This document shows, piece by piece, positions 32,631 through 41,756 of a DNA stretch of 64,000 nucleotides. Position 1 is the stretch's first letter, and the number at the start of each line of letters is the position of its first letter. The DNA comes from Vicinamibacterales bacterium (GTDB lineage Bacteria; Acidobacteriota; Vicinamibacteria; Vicinamibacterales; JAMQPK01): contig CAVSZJ010000008.1 in assembly GCA_963732445.1 (NCBI GenBank), positions 12,095 through 76,094 of the forward strand, in the 5' to 3' direction. A model generated the notes under the pieces. That model ran no database searches. It was not told the origin of the DNA and saw only the letters and a program-made list of their open reading frames with translations. The translations under genes were made by a program, and so were the position numbers.

Positions 32631-33012
32631 CGGTGTCCTCGCTCTTCCTGGACTTCAGATGCGTCGCAATATCCTTCAGGTCGTCTTCAGTGAGGTGGCG
32701 GTCGCGAACCAGGTGCTGAACCAGCGGCTCGGCGGATCCACCGAACACGCGGTCGACGAACTCGCGCACCATCTCTCCGAGCACGCGCTGCCGCGCGCGC
32801 GCGGGACGATACACGAAGGCGCGATCGGCGCGACTGACCTTCACATGCCCCTTGCGTTCGAGAATTCGCATCATCGTCATCACAGTCGTGTAGGCGATCT
32901 GCCGCTCGGCGCGAAGCGTTTCGTACACGTCGCGCACGGTCACGGACTCACGATCCCAGACGACCTTCATGATTTCCAGTTCTTGCTCGGTGAGCACGAG
33001 TCGTTTTGCCAT
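32620..33012 (-). CDS. BlaI/MecI/CopY-family repressor
   Basis: LTEQELEIMKVVW, TVRDV, AYTTVMTMMRILERKG, FGGS. Confidence 0.95.
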   Translation of the reverse strand: MAKRLVLTEQELEIMKVVWDRESVTVRDVYETLRAERQIAYTTVMTMMRILERKGHVKVSRADRAFVYRPARARQRVLGEMVREFVDRVFGGSAEPLVQHLVRDRHLTEDDLKDIATHLKSRKSEDTDGR

Positions 33013-33017
33013 GATTC

Positions 33018-33055
33018 TACTAATCAGTTAGTACTAATGAGGCTGTGATTGTCAA
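33018..33055 (-). promoter_or_regulatory. BlaI-type operator palindromes and -35 box
   Basis: TACTAA-tcag-TTAGTA (33018..33033) overlapping TTAGTACTAA (33028..33037); TTGACA at 33050..33055. Confidence 0.65.
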
Positions 33056-33070
33056 CGGTTTTCTCGTCGA

Positions 33071-33145
33071 ACCGGGAACCCGAACTGGAACTGGAACCGG
33101 AACTGGAACTGGAACCGGAACCGGAACCCGGAACCCGGAACCCGA
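33071..33145. repeat. Intergenic (C(C/T)GGAA)n / (CCCGGAA)n tandem repeat
   Basis: About 11 hexamer/heptamer units read directly from the sequence. Confidence 0.9.
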
Positions 33146-33148
33146 GCT

Positions 33149-33177
33149 TTGACATCTGATGCGTGATGCGTGATGCT
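33149..33177 (+). promoter_or_regulatory. Promoter of TA pair 1, likely leaderless
   Basis: TTGACA-17 nt-GATGCT ending 6 nt before the ATG; three tandem TGATGC(G) units across the spacer and -10. Confidence 0.6.
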
Positions 33178-33183
33178 GACACC

Positions 33184-33411
33184 ATGAGAACCACGCTCGA
33201 CCTCGACGACGATGTGTTGCAAGCGGCGAAAGAGCTCGCGGACACGTACGGTGTGACGGCCGGAAAGATGCTGTCAAACCTCGCACGCCAAGCGCTCACG
33301 CCAACCGGACCGGTGCCGAAGGTCCGCAACGGCATTCCGCTGCTCCCAAGGCGGCCCGGTCAGGAGATCATGACAATGAAGCTGGTTAACGAGCTCCGGG
33401 ACGTGGAGTGA
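33184..33411 (+). CDS. vapB: VapB-type antitoxin
   Basis: MRTTLDLDDDVLQAAKELA...RNGIPLLP; overlaps the toxin start (GTGA). Confidence 0.85.
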   Translation: MRTTLDLDDDVLQAAKELADTYGVTAGKMLSNLARQALTPTGPVPKVRNGIPLLPRRPGQEIMTMKLVNELRDVE

Positions 33412-33866
33412 GCCGGATCGCGCTGCTCGACGTGAACGTGTTGCTGGCGCTCTCCAATCCCAGGCATACGCACCACGAGATCGCGCACGATTGGTTTGCC
33501 GACCATCACGCGCGCGGGTGGGCCAGCTGCGCCGTCACCCAGAACGGCTTCCTCCGCGTGTTGAGTAATACAGCGGCACGAGCGGGCTCATTTCGGCCGG
33601 CTGAGGTTGTCGATCTGCTGCGACGCTTCTGCTCAGCCAAGGAGCACGTGTTTTGGCCTGAGGCGGTATCGCTGACCGACAGCACGCTGTTCAATGTTTC
33701 ACTGATTCGTGGGTATCGTCAGGTCAGTGATGTCTACCTGCTGGGGCTGGCGACGAAGATGCGGGGCCATCTCGTCACGTTCGACGGGAGCATTCCCTTG
33801 GGCGCAGTCATCGGCGCCACCAAGAACACTCTTTCGGTGCTCGCCGTCGACAAGCCCGACGCATGA
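33408..33866 (+). CDS. vapC: VapC PIN-domain toxin
   Basis: ALLDVNVLLAL, HH.AHDW, QVSDVYLLGLA, LVTFD. Confidence 0.92.
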   Translation: MSRIALLDVNVLLALSNPRHTHHEIAHDWFADHHARGWASCAVTQNGFLRVLSNTAARAGSFRPAEVVDLLRRFCSAKEHVFWPEAVSLTDSTLFNVSLIRGYRQVSDVYLLGLATKMRGHLVTFDGSIPLGAVIGATKNTLSVLAVDKPDA

Positions 33867-33907
33867 TTCGTTCGACGGCGACTCGGCCCGTCCCACGAAC
33901 GGACAGG

Positions 33908-33991
33908 TGCGGGTCGTAGGGATCGTGGGTAGCGTAGGCATCGTGAAAATTCCCCACGTAACCCACGCAGCTCACGAACCCCACGCGACCC
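33908..33991. repeat. Imperfect inverted array of 9-bp units
   Basis: Left arm units CGT(A/G)GG..., right arm units ...CCCACG; the arms are approximate reverse complements. Confidence 0.65.
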
Positions 33992-34024
33992 TCGATAGGC
34001 ACGCCGCTTGATAGTGCCTTCGTC

Positions 34025-36560
34025 ATGCTGAGAGATCTCCGCCACGGATTGCGTGTGCTCTTGCAGGCCAAGGGCTGGACAACCGTCGTTGTGCTGTCGC
34101 TCGCCGTCGGCATCGGCGCGAACACGGCTCTTTTCACCGCCATCAGCGGCCTGATGCTGCAGAAGTTGCCGGTCCGCGATCCTGACGGGCTCGTCCGCCT
34201 GCGCTGGGCCGGCGAAAACGACATGGCGAACAACTCGAGCGACTACGGTCCGGTCCGCGATTCGCCGAGCGGTGAAAAGGTGCGGACGACGTTTTCCTAT
34301 CCGATGCTCGATCAATTGCGATCGGCCAATCACACGCTCTCCGACATCGCGGCCAGCGTGCCGAAAAGCGGCGTCACCGTGACGATCGATGGCCGCGCGG
34401 AGTCGGCGAGCGCCCTGTTGACCACCGGCAACTATTACGAAATGCTCGGCGTGAACCCCCGCATCGGGGCGCACCCTCACATCGCGTGATGACCTCCCAG
34501 CGGCGCCGGCTGTCGCGATGCTCAGCTATCTCTACTGGCAGTCGCGGTTCGGTTCCAGTGCCGACATCGTCGGAAAAACCATCCGCGTCAATGGCGTGCC
34601 CGTCACCATCATCGGAGTGGCGCCGCAGGAGTTCACCGGGACCCAACGTGTCGCGCACCGTCTGCAGGACGTTCTGCTTCCGTTGAAGCTCGACGATGAG
34701 ATGGAATCGGGCGGCCGCAGGCGCGCCGATGCCACCGACTGGTGGGTGCAGGTGCTCGGCCGATTGAAACCGGGCATTCAGGCGGACCAGGTCCGCGGGA
34801 ACCTCGAGGGAGTGTTTCAACATCAGGCGCGCGCTGGCATGGAGGCGCATCTTGCTGCGCTTTCCGAAAGTGAGCGCAACTTCACGATGAACCAGAACCG
34901 TTCATCCGTACCGCGCCTCATCGTCGAAGCCGGCAACCGCGGTGTGTACGACGTCGCGTCGCAGCAGGAGCGCGCGATACACATCCTCGCATCGATCGTC
35001 GTCCTTGTATTTCTCCTCGTGTGTGCGAACGTCGCCAATCTGCTTCTTGCACGCGTCGCATCGCGTCAGAAAGAACTGTCCATCAGACTGTCGATGGGCG
35101 CGACCCGCGGGCGATTGATTCGTCAATTGCTGACGGAAAGCCTGCTGCTCTCGGCGATGGGTGGCGGAGCGGGCTTCTTCATCGCGCGTTGGGGACAGGC
35201 TCTTCTGCCGGAACCGGTCGGTACGACCGCGCCGCCCGACTGGCGGGTTGTCGCGTTCACTGCCGTCATCACCGCGATCGCGGGCGTCGTTTTTGGGATG
35301 GCGCCGGCTTTGCGCGGTACGCGACTGGAGGTCGGGACAGCGCTGAAGGAAAGCGGCCGCAGCGTCGCGGGCGCTAACACCGCTCTGTCGCGCGGACTGC
35401 TCGTCCTGCAGGTGGCGATCTCCATGGTGCTCCTGGTCGGGGCCGGACTGTTCCTGCGCACGCTCGACAACCTGCGGAGCGTCGACATCGGCTGGAACCC
35501 GCAGAATCTGGTCTTTGTCCGCGTTGATGCGGAAGGCGCGCAGCTCGAAGACGATCGCAAGCTGCGTTTCTTCCAGGACGGCATGGATCGGCTGCGAGCG
35601 ATTCCGGGCGTGCGACACGCAACGCTGTCGAAGCCGACGCTCATGTCGGGAGGCATGTTCAGTACAGGTTTTTACGTGCAGGGGCGAATCTACCCGAAAG
35701 GAAGGGACGTCGAAGGCCGTGACAGTATCAACCGGGTTGTCGTTGCGCCCAACTACTTCGACGCGATGGGCATCCCGCTCCTGGCAGGGCGCGGCTTTAC
35801 GGAGCGCGATGATAGTAGGTCCCCCAACGTGGCGGTGATCAATCAGGCCGCGGCGCGCAAGTTTTTTCCGAACGAGAATCCGATCGGACGGAGGTTCGGT
35901 GCGTCCGCGGACGAGACACCCGATATGGAGGTCGTCGGCATTCTCCGCGACGTCCGCTATAACGACCTTCGCGAAGAGCCGCCGCCGACGATGTACCTGC
36001 CGCACCGGCAACACAACCCTGAAGACCTTGTGTTCACCATCCGCACCGCCGGGGATCCAGTAAGCGTGATGCACGCGGCACGCGCGGCGGTGAGCGCCGC
36101 CAATCCCGATATTCCTGTGGTCGCCGTCCAGACGCAACTGTCAACGCTCGAACAGCGCTTCGCGCACGAAAAGGTGCTCGCGCAGGCCCACACGCTTTTC
36201 GGCGGTATCGCCCTTTTCGTCGCGGCAATCGGGTTATTCGGCTTGATGTCTTACAACGTCTCGCGCCGCACGCGCGAGATCGGCATTCGCATGACGATGG
36301 GGGCTCAGACCAGAGAAGTGCTTGCGCTGGTGCTGCGCGAGTCAATGCTGCTGGTCCTGGCCGGTATCGCCATCGGTATTGCAGCTGCGCTCGCCGGTGC
36401 CCGCCTGGTGGCATCTCAGCTGTTCGGGCTCGAGCCGAGCGATCCGCTCACGATGGTGTCGGCGATGCTTGTGATGCTGCTTGTGTCCGCTGCCGCCGGC
36501 TATCTTCCGGCCCGCCGCGCCGCACGTGTTGACCCCATGGTGGCTCTCCGCTACGAATAG
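34025..36560 (+). CDS. ADOP/MacB-FtsX-type ABC permease (frameshift near 34470-34500)
   Basis: MLRDLRHGLRVL, GIGANTALF, CANVANLLLAR, RRTREIGIRM, PARRAARVDPMVALRYE. Confidence 0.93.
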
Positions 36561-36576
36561 ATTTAGAATGCGCCCC

Positions 36577-37863
36577 ATGCGAGTCACAATTACGGCTTTC
36601 GTGGCGTCAGCGACCCTGCTGGCTGTCGTGGTCGGAGGCCCGGCACGGGCCCAGCAACCGGCGGCAAGCGCGCCGACCTTCAGCAAGGACGTCGCGCCCA
36701 TCCTCTACAAGCAGTGCGTCGAGTGCCATCGTCCCGGCGAAGCGGCGCCGATGTCGCTGCTCACTTACGAGCAGGCGCGCCCGTACGCGCGGGCCATCGC
36801 CAGCGCCGTTGCGAATCGCACGATGCCGCCATGGCACGCCGACGCGCCGGCGGGCACGTTTCACAACGAGCGCGTGCTCTCAGATGCAGAGCGCCAGGTC
36901 GTCGCTACCTGGGCAACAGGCGGCGCCCTGAATGGAGACCCGAACGACATGCCGGCGCCGCCAACATTGGTCGACGGTTGGGTCCTTGGAAAGCCCGATG
37001 TCGTCCTTGCAATGCAGGAGGACTATCCGATCCCTGCGCGCGGCACCATTCAATATGAATACCTGTACGTGCCAACCAACTTCACGGAGCCGAAGCTCGT
37101 GAAGTCGATCGAAGTGAGGCCGGGAAATCGCCCGGCCGTGCATCACGTACTCGTCTATTACATCGCCAAACCAGAACGTCCCCGCGCGGCCATTGCGAGA
37201 GGGAACCAAAAGCACCAGGAATTTCCTGATGAGGACCAATCCGGGGAGCGGCCGCGGCGGACCGATCTCGCAGGAGCGACGCGGCGGCTCGTCGCCACGT
37301 ACGCGCCCGGCACGAATCCGCAAGCCGCTCCCGCCGGCACGGCGCAGCGTCTCGAACCCGGCGGTGTACTGGAACTCGAGATGCACTACACGACGATGGG
37401 AACGGCGGGCACTGATCGCACGAAGGTCGGTTTCATTTTTTCGACCGATCCGGAGCCCCGCGAGCTGCGCGCGCAGCACTTCTTCAACGCCACCATGCAG
37501 CTGCCTGCCGGAGCGGCAAACGTCGCCGTGACCACCGATCTGGAATTCGTGGAGGATGCCACAGTATGGGGTCTCTTCCCGCATACGCATCTGCGCGGCA
37601 AGAAGTGGGATTACAAGCTCGCGCTGCCCAATGGAGAGACGAAGACAATCCTGTCGGTGCCGAAGTACGACTTCAACTGGCAGACGTATTACATGTTCAC
37701 AGAACCGCTGCAGGTGCCAAAGGGATCCAGGATTATTTCGACCGCGTGGTACGACAACTCGACCGCGAACAAGAACAATCCAAATCCGAAGGTTGATGTG
37801 CTGTGGGGCGATCAGACGTGGGAAGAGATGCAATACACAGGAATACTGATTAGCCCGAATTAA
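36577..37863 (+). CDS. Secreted cytochrome c / copper-monooxygenase (PHM-like) domain protein
   Basis: Signal peptide, CVECH, MPPW, VHH, EMHY, PHTH, EEM. An alternative start lies at 36568. Confidence 0.8.
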   Translation: MRVTITAFVASATLLAVVVGGPARAQQPAASAPTFSKDVAPILYKQCVECHRPGEAAPMSLLTYEQARPYARAIASAVANRTMPPWHADAPAGTFHNERVLSDAERQVVATWATGGALNGDPNDMPAPPTLVDGWVLGKPDVVLAMQEDYPIPARGTIQYEYLYVPTNFTEPKLVKSIEVRPGNRPAVHHVLVYYIAKPERPRAAIARGNQKHQEFPDEDQSGERPRRTDLAGATRRLVATYAPGTNPQAAPAGTAQRLEPGGVLELEMHYTTMGTAGTDRTKVGFIFSTDPEPRELRAQHFFNATMQLPAGAANVAVTTDLEFVEDATVWGLFPHTHLRGKKWDYKLALPNGETKTILSVPKYDFNWQTYYMFTEPLQVPKGSRIISTAWYDNSTANKNNPNPKVDVLWGDQTWEEMQYTGILISPN

Positions 37864-37992
37864 TAGATTGGACAGATTGTTGATTGAGAGAATCTTGTCA
37901 GATTGAAGAACGGCGATTGGCAGATTCTTCGCAATTCATCACTCTTCAATCTGACAACAATCTTCCAATCCTCAATCTGCCAGTCTTCCGAT
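37864..37992. repeat. GATTG/CAATC-rich palindromic element between convergent genes
   Basis: Perfect 15-bp inverted repeat at 37895..37909 and 37943..37957, flanked by further GATTG/CAATC units. Confidence 0.75.
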
Positions 37993-39001
37993 TCAGGCGA
38001 GCGGTCGTATTGCGACATCGAGCCGGTACGCTGTGTCGTTCGACGTCACGACGAGCCCACCGGTTGGATCGAAGGCCACACCGACGAGCGATTGCCCCGC
38101 CACAACCAGCTCCGCGGTCCCGTCCGTCCTCACGCGATACAGACCGTTCGATCCCGCGAGGGCCTCGACGACGTAGAGCGCCCCCTGCGAGTCGAAGGCA
38201 ATTCCCTGCGGCCGCCCAAATCCCGAATACATCTTGTCGAGCGTGCCGCTGGAAGGATCCAGGCGATAGACGTGATCGTACGGGCCCCAGCGTGGGAGCC
38301 GAGACATAGACGCAGTCATCCGGACCGACGGCGAGATGAAACGCGGCCACGCTCGAAGGCAGCGTTGCAATCGCGTGAATGGTTCGGTCGGGCTGCACGG
38401 CGAACACCGTGCCGGACCGATCGCCAACGTAGAGCACTCCCTTGCGATCGAATGCGAGCCCGCATGCGATCCCGAGATCGCTGGCATACGGTTCGTGCGT
38501 CCCGTTGGGAAGCACGCGGTAGATCGTTCCTTCGAATCGGCTCGAGACATATAACTGTCCGGACGCGTCGAACGTCATCGATGTCGGATTGACGATGCCC
38601 GACACGTAGGACTCGCGACGGCCTGCAGGGCTCACGCGGAAGATCGAGACCGGTACTTCCTGTCCGCGCGATCCGCTGTAGGTAACGTAGAGATTGCCCT
38701 CCGCGATCGAACACCGGATTGTCGACCTGGTGAAGCCCCGTCGCCACCGGCGTACCCGACGTCGAGCAGAGCTGTTTCGCCGGCAACGTCCGCGACCCGA
38801 ACCGCCGTGCGCCCGCCGTCCAGGCCCGCCGGAACGAGGACGACAATCGACGACGAGGAGGCGTATACCGCGCGGGCGGACGGCATCGCCGATTGTGACC
38901 TGCGGAAGGTGCGGTGTGTCGATCGGAAATCCGGACCCGTGGATGGTGACGCGGCCGCCTTCGACGGCCCAGTGAGGTTGAATCGAGGTGAGACGCGTCA
39001 A
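37993..39001 (-). CDS. IPT/TIG domain plus SMP-30/gluconolactonase-like beta-propeller protein (frameshifts)
   Basis: [52 protein letters not shown]. Confidence 0.75.
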
Positions 39002-39005
39002 ACCG

Positions 39006-39541
39006 TCAGGTTTCGTCGAGCTCGGCGTTCCAATAGAGGAAATCGCGCCAGCTGTCGGGCGCATTTCGCAGGCCGATCGTGATGCGAATCGCCGGTACCG
39101 ACTCCGGGACGCTTCGGGTACTTCACGAGGTGCATGCCGGCCTCGACGGGCGTGCGCCCGCCCTTTCTGCGATTGCACGAGACGCAGCAGGTGACGATGT
39201 TCTCCCAGTCCTTGCGGCCCCCCTGGGCGACCGGCACGACGTGGTCGAACGTCAGCTCGCTGGTCGGAAACGACGTCGCCGCAGTACTGGCACGAGTGGT
39301 TGTCGCGCGCGTAGATGTTCGCCCGCGAAAACGGAACGTAATCGAATCGGCGCTTGATCTTGATGTAGCGGAGGAGGCGGATGACGGAGGGCAGCTTGAT
39401 GCTGAACGACACTGCCCGGATCTCCCGGTCGTAGACCGAGATCACCTCCACCTTTCCCTGGCAAAGCAGAGTAATAGCCTTTTGCCAGTTGACGACCTTT
39501 AAAGGCTCGTACGTCGCGTTGAGCAGTAAAGTCTGTTCCAT
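39006..39541 (-). CDS. HNH endonuclease (frameshifts)
   Basis: [66 protein letters not shown]. Confidence 0.88.
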
Positions 39542-39635
39542 ACAGACGTGGAAAGATTTTCGCGTGAAGGTCGGCGGCTGTCAAGTTACTGGCAGGACTG
39601 TACTTCGGGCCCGATCGCGCCGATAATGCACAGGG

Positions 39636-40259
39636 ATGCGCCCTTCGCTTCTCATCAGTGATGACGCCCTGACGCTGTCGTCGGCCTGCGCCACTACAGG
39701 CGCGGTCCCGCGGCCGTTTCCGGGCGCGACCGGGTGCAGGCGCAGGTGCAACGGGTGCAACGGGTGCGAGACCCGCACCTGACGCACCCATCGCACCTGA
39801 CGCACCTATTGCACCCCTGCACCTATTGCACCCATCGCACCCGACCTCACCGCCCGCCGATTCGACGGCCGCGCGATTGCGCAGTTCGCGATGGGGTTCC
39901 GCGGCGTGCCCTATCGACTGGGAGGCGCCGATCCCGGCGGCTTCGACTGCAGCGGCCTCGTGCAGTACGTCTTCGCACAGTACGGCATCTCCGTCCCGCG
40001 GGTCGTCGAGCAGCAGTACGAGATCGGCGACACGATCAGGCCGTCCGATATCAAGCCAGGCGATCTGATTTTCTTCAATACCAAAAAGAGGGGCGACGGC
40101 GCGTCTCATGTCGCCATCGCCATCGGGCGCGACAGCTTCGTGCATGCCCCGAACTCGTCCGGCGTCGTCCGCATCGAAACGCTCGGGTCGGCCTACTGGG
40201 GTGCGCGGTATGTCGGCGCCCGGCGGATCTCTCCTTCGTCGCTGACCGCCACCCGCTGA
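39636..40259 (+). CDS. NlpC/P60 (C40) peptidoglycan endopeptidase lipoprotein (frameshifts)
   Basis: Lipobox SSAC; GVPYRLGG, GFDCSGLVQY, PGDLIFF, SHVAI, FVHAP. Confidence 0.88.
39731..39845. repeat. Inverted array of 9-bp units within the NlpC/P60 linker
   Basis: (GGTGCAACG)-like units followed by (GCACC(C/T)NNN) units; encodes GAT and API/APD repeats. Confidence 0.75.
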
Positions 40260-40291
40260 GACGCCGGCCGCGAGTGTTACCATTCGTCGCC

Positions 40292-40975
40292 ATGAAACGC
40301 ATCTGCAGCCTCGCTGTCGCTGTCTCTGCTGATCGCAGCGCTCGGCCGCCGCTCAGGTCGCCGGCCCGGTCGCGCCTGCGCTGACGGCGGAACAAATCAA
40401 GTCGAGCGAATCGCTCGCGCCGAAGTTCGACGAAAGCGCGGCGAGGGAAAAGGCGCGGCTCGAGACGTTCGCGAATCGCCCGCTCGGCGCCATCATCCAG
40501 CGGTCGTTCAACGTCTTTACCAACTATCTCGTGATGGCGGCCGAGATGATGCCGGAATCGAGCTACGCGTTCCGCCCGACGCCCGATCTGCGCACGTTCG
40601 GCCAGCAAATCAACCACGCGACGGGCGCGCACTATTCGTTCTGCAATCAGGCCGGTGTTCCACCGGGAGTTCAGAAGCAGGCCGCGCCGAGTCTCGCCAC
40701 GATCACCGCCAAGCCGGCCATCGTTGCCGCGTTGAAGGAATCGATCGCGTACTGCGATCGCGTGCTGGCTGCGGCGTCCGAGGAGTGGCTGAGGGAAATC
40801 GCGCCGGGTCTCGGCGGTTCGTCGAGCGGCCTGATTCACGGCATGCGCGCGCACTGCGTTCATCTACAACGCCGTGCACAGCGCCGAAGACTACGGGACG
40901 ATTACGACGTATATGCGCATGCAGGGCGTCGTGCCGCCGTCGACCGCCCTGCATCCGCCGGCCCTCAAAAAGTAG
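40292..40975 (+). CDS. Secreted DinB-family protein (frameshifts)
   Basis: AAEMMPESSYAFRPTP..RTFGQQINH, LKESIAYCD, YG..TTYMRM.GVVPPST. Confidence 0.8.
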
Positions 40976-40976
40976 G

Positions 40977-41062
40977 CCCGCCTTCGCCAAGGCTACGGCG
41001 GGTCTCGCCAAAGCCTCGCGCGAAACAGGCGAGCGACGGCGGACCGGCGGACCCGGCCGCGA
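40977..41062. repeat. REP-like palindromic element
   Basis: CCCGCCTTCGCCAAGGCTACGGCGGG hairpin (23/26 identical to the reverse complement of 61379..61404), followed by a second GC-rich unit. Confidence 0.75.
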
Positions 41063-41065
41063 GGT

Positions 41066-41479
41066 TTACGCATCGCGCGGAAACAGGCGGGGCGATCCGG
41101 CAATCTTGACGGCTCCGAAGTGCCGGAGATCGAGCGTGGCAATCGCTTCGGCGCGAACGCGCTCGGCGATCGCGATGACGACGGCATCGACCAGGCCGAG
41201 GTCGAGCGCGCGGTACTTCCGGCCGATCGCATGCGCGCGAACGACATCCTCGTGCTTTCCGTACTCGACGGCGAACGACCCCTCCGCGACATCGGCCAGG
41301 AACGCCTCCTGCGCGCGGGCACCCAGCTCCGAGCCGACCAGGTAATCGACTTCCGGCAGAATCGCCCAGGGCAGGAGCCAGCTGTCCGGCCGATCGTCGT
41401 AGATCTCGCGAACGGCCGCGTGATGGCGATCGCCGCTGTCGAGCAGCGCCAGAATCGCGCCGGTGTCGGCCACGATCAC
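41066..41479 (-). CDS. vapC: PIN-domain toxin
   Basis: IVADTG, DRHH, LPEVDY, LGLVDA, ATLD.RHF. Confidence 0.9.
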   Translation of the reverse strand: MIVADTGAILALLDSGDRHHAAVREIYDDRPDSWLLPWAILPEVDYLVGSELGARAQEAFLADVAEGSFAVEYGKHEDVVRAHAIGRKYRALDLGLVDAVVIAIAERVRAEAIATLDLRHFGAVKIAGSPRLFPRDA

Positions 41480-41708
41480 CGCGAGCGCCCCATGCCCTTC
41501 AGCAGCTCCTCGGCCCGCTCGCTGAGGTCGCGGCGGCCGCTCGCGAACGCACCGACGCTCTTCGCGCCGCTCGCCGCGGCTCGTGGCGCGCCGCGTACTC
41601 CGCCACCGCTTCGCGCACGAGCTCGGCGGGCTGGCGCTTCTTCCGAGCGGCAATTCGCTTCAGCGCACGGTAGTCGGCGGCATCGAGATAGACGGTGGTC
41701 TTCTGCAT
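41476..41708 (-). CDS. CopG/RHH antitoxin (frameshift)
   Basis: MQKTTVYLD...AELVREAV; C-terminus SG..DLSERAEELL in a shifted frame. Confidence 0.85.
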
Positions 41709-41711
41709 ATG

Positions 41712-41729
41712 GTTACCATATATGGTAAC
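41712..41729. promoter_or_regulatory. Perfect 18-bp operator palindrome of TA pair 2
   Basis: GTTACCATATATGGTAAC, 3 nt upstream of the antitoxin ATG. Confidence 0.75.
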
Positions 41730-41756
41730 ACAGGGCACCCGGCAGGGCTCGCAGCT

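Noticed and set aside
33071-33991. Repeat tracts as a CRISPR array
   Set aside because: Units are 6-9 bp with no unique 30-40 bp spacers, and no cas genes are present.
37946-39541. 531-aa HNH-propeller fusion ORF
   Set aside because: The frame passes through out-of-frame nonsense segments; the HNH gene has its own stop at 39006 and the next gene starts at about 39001.
39006-39541. HNH gene as a homing endonuclease or defence-island marker
   Set aside because: No intron, intein, methylase or defence genes nearby; it fits the common stand-alone chromosomal HNH type.
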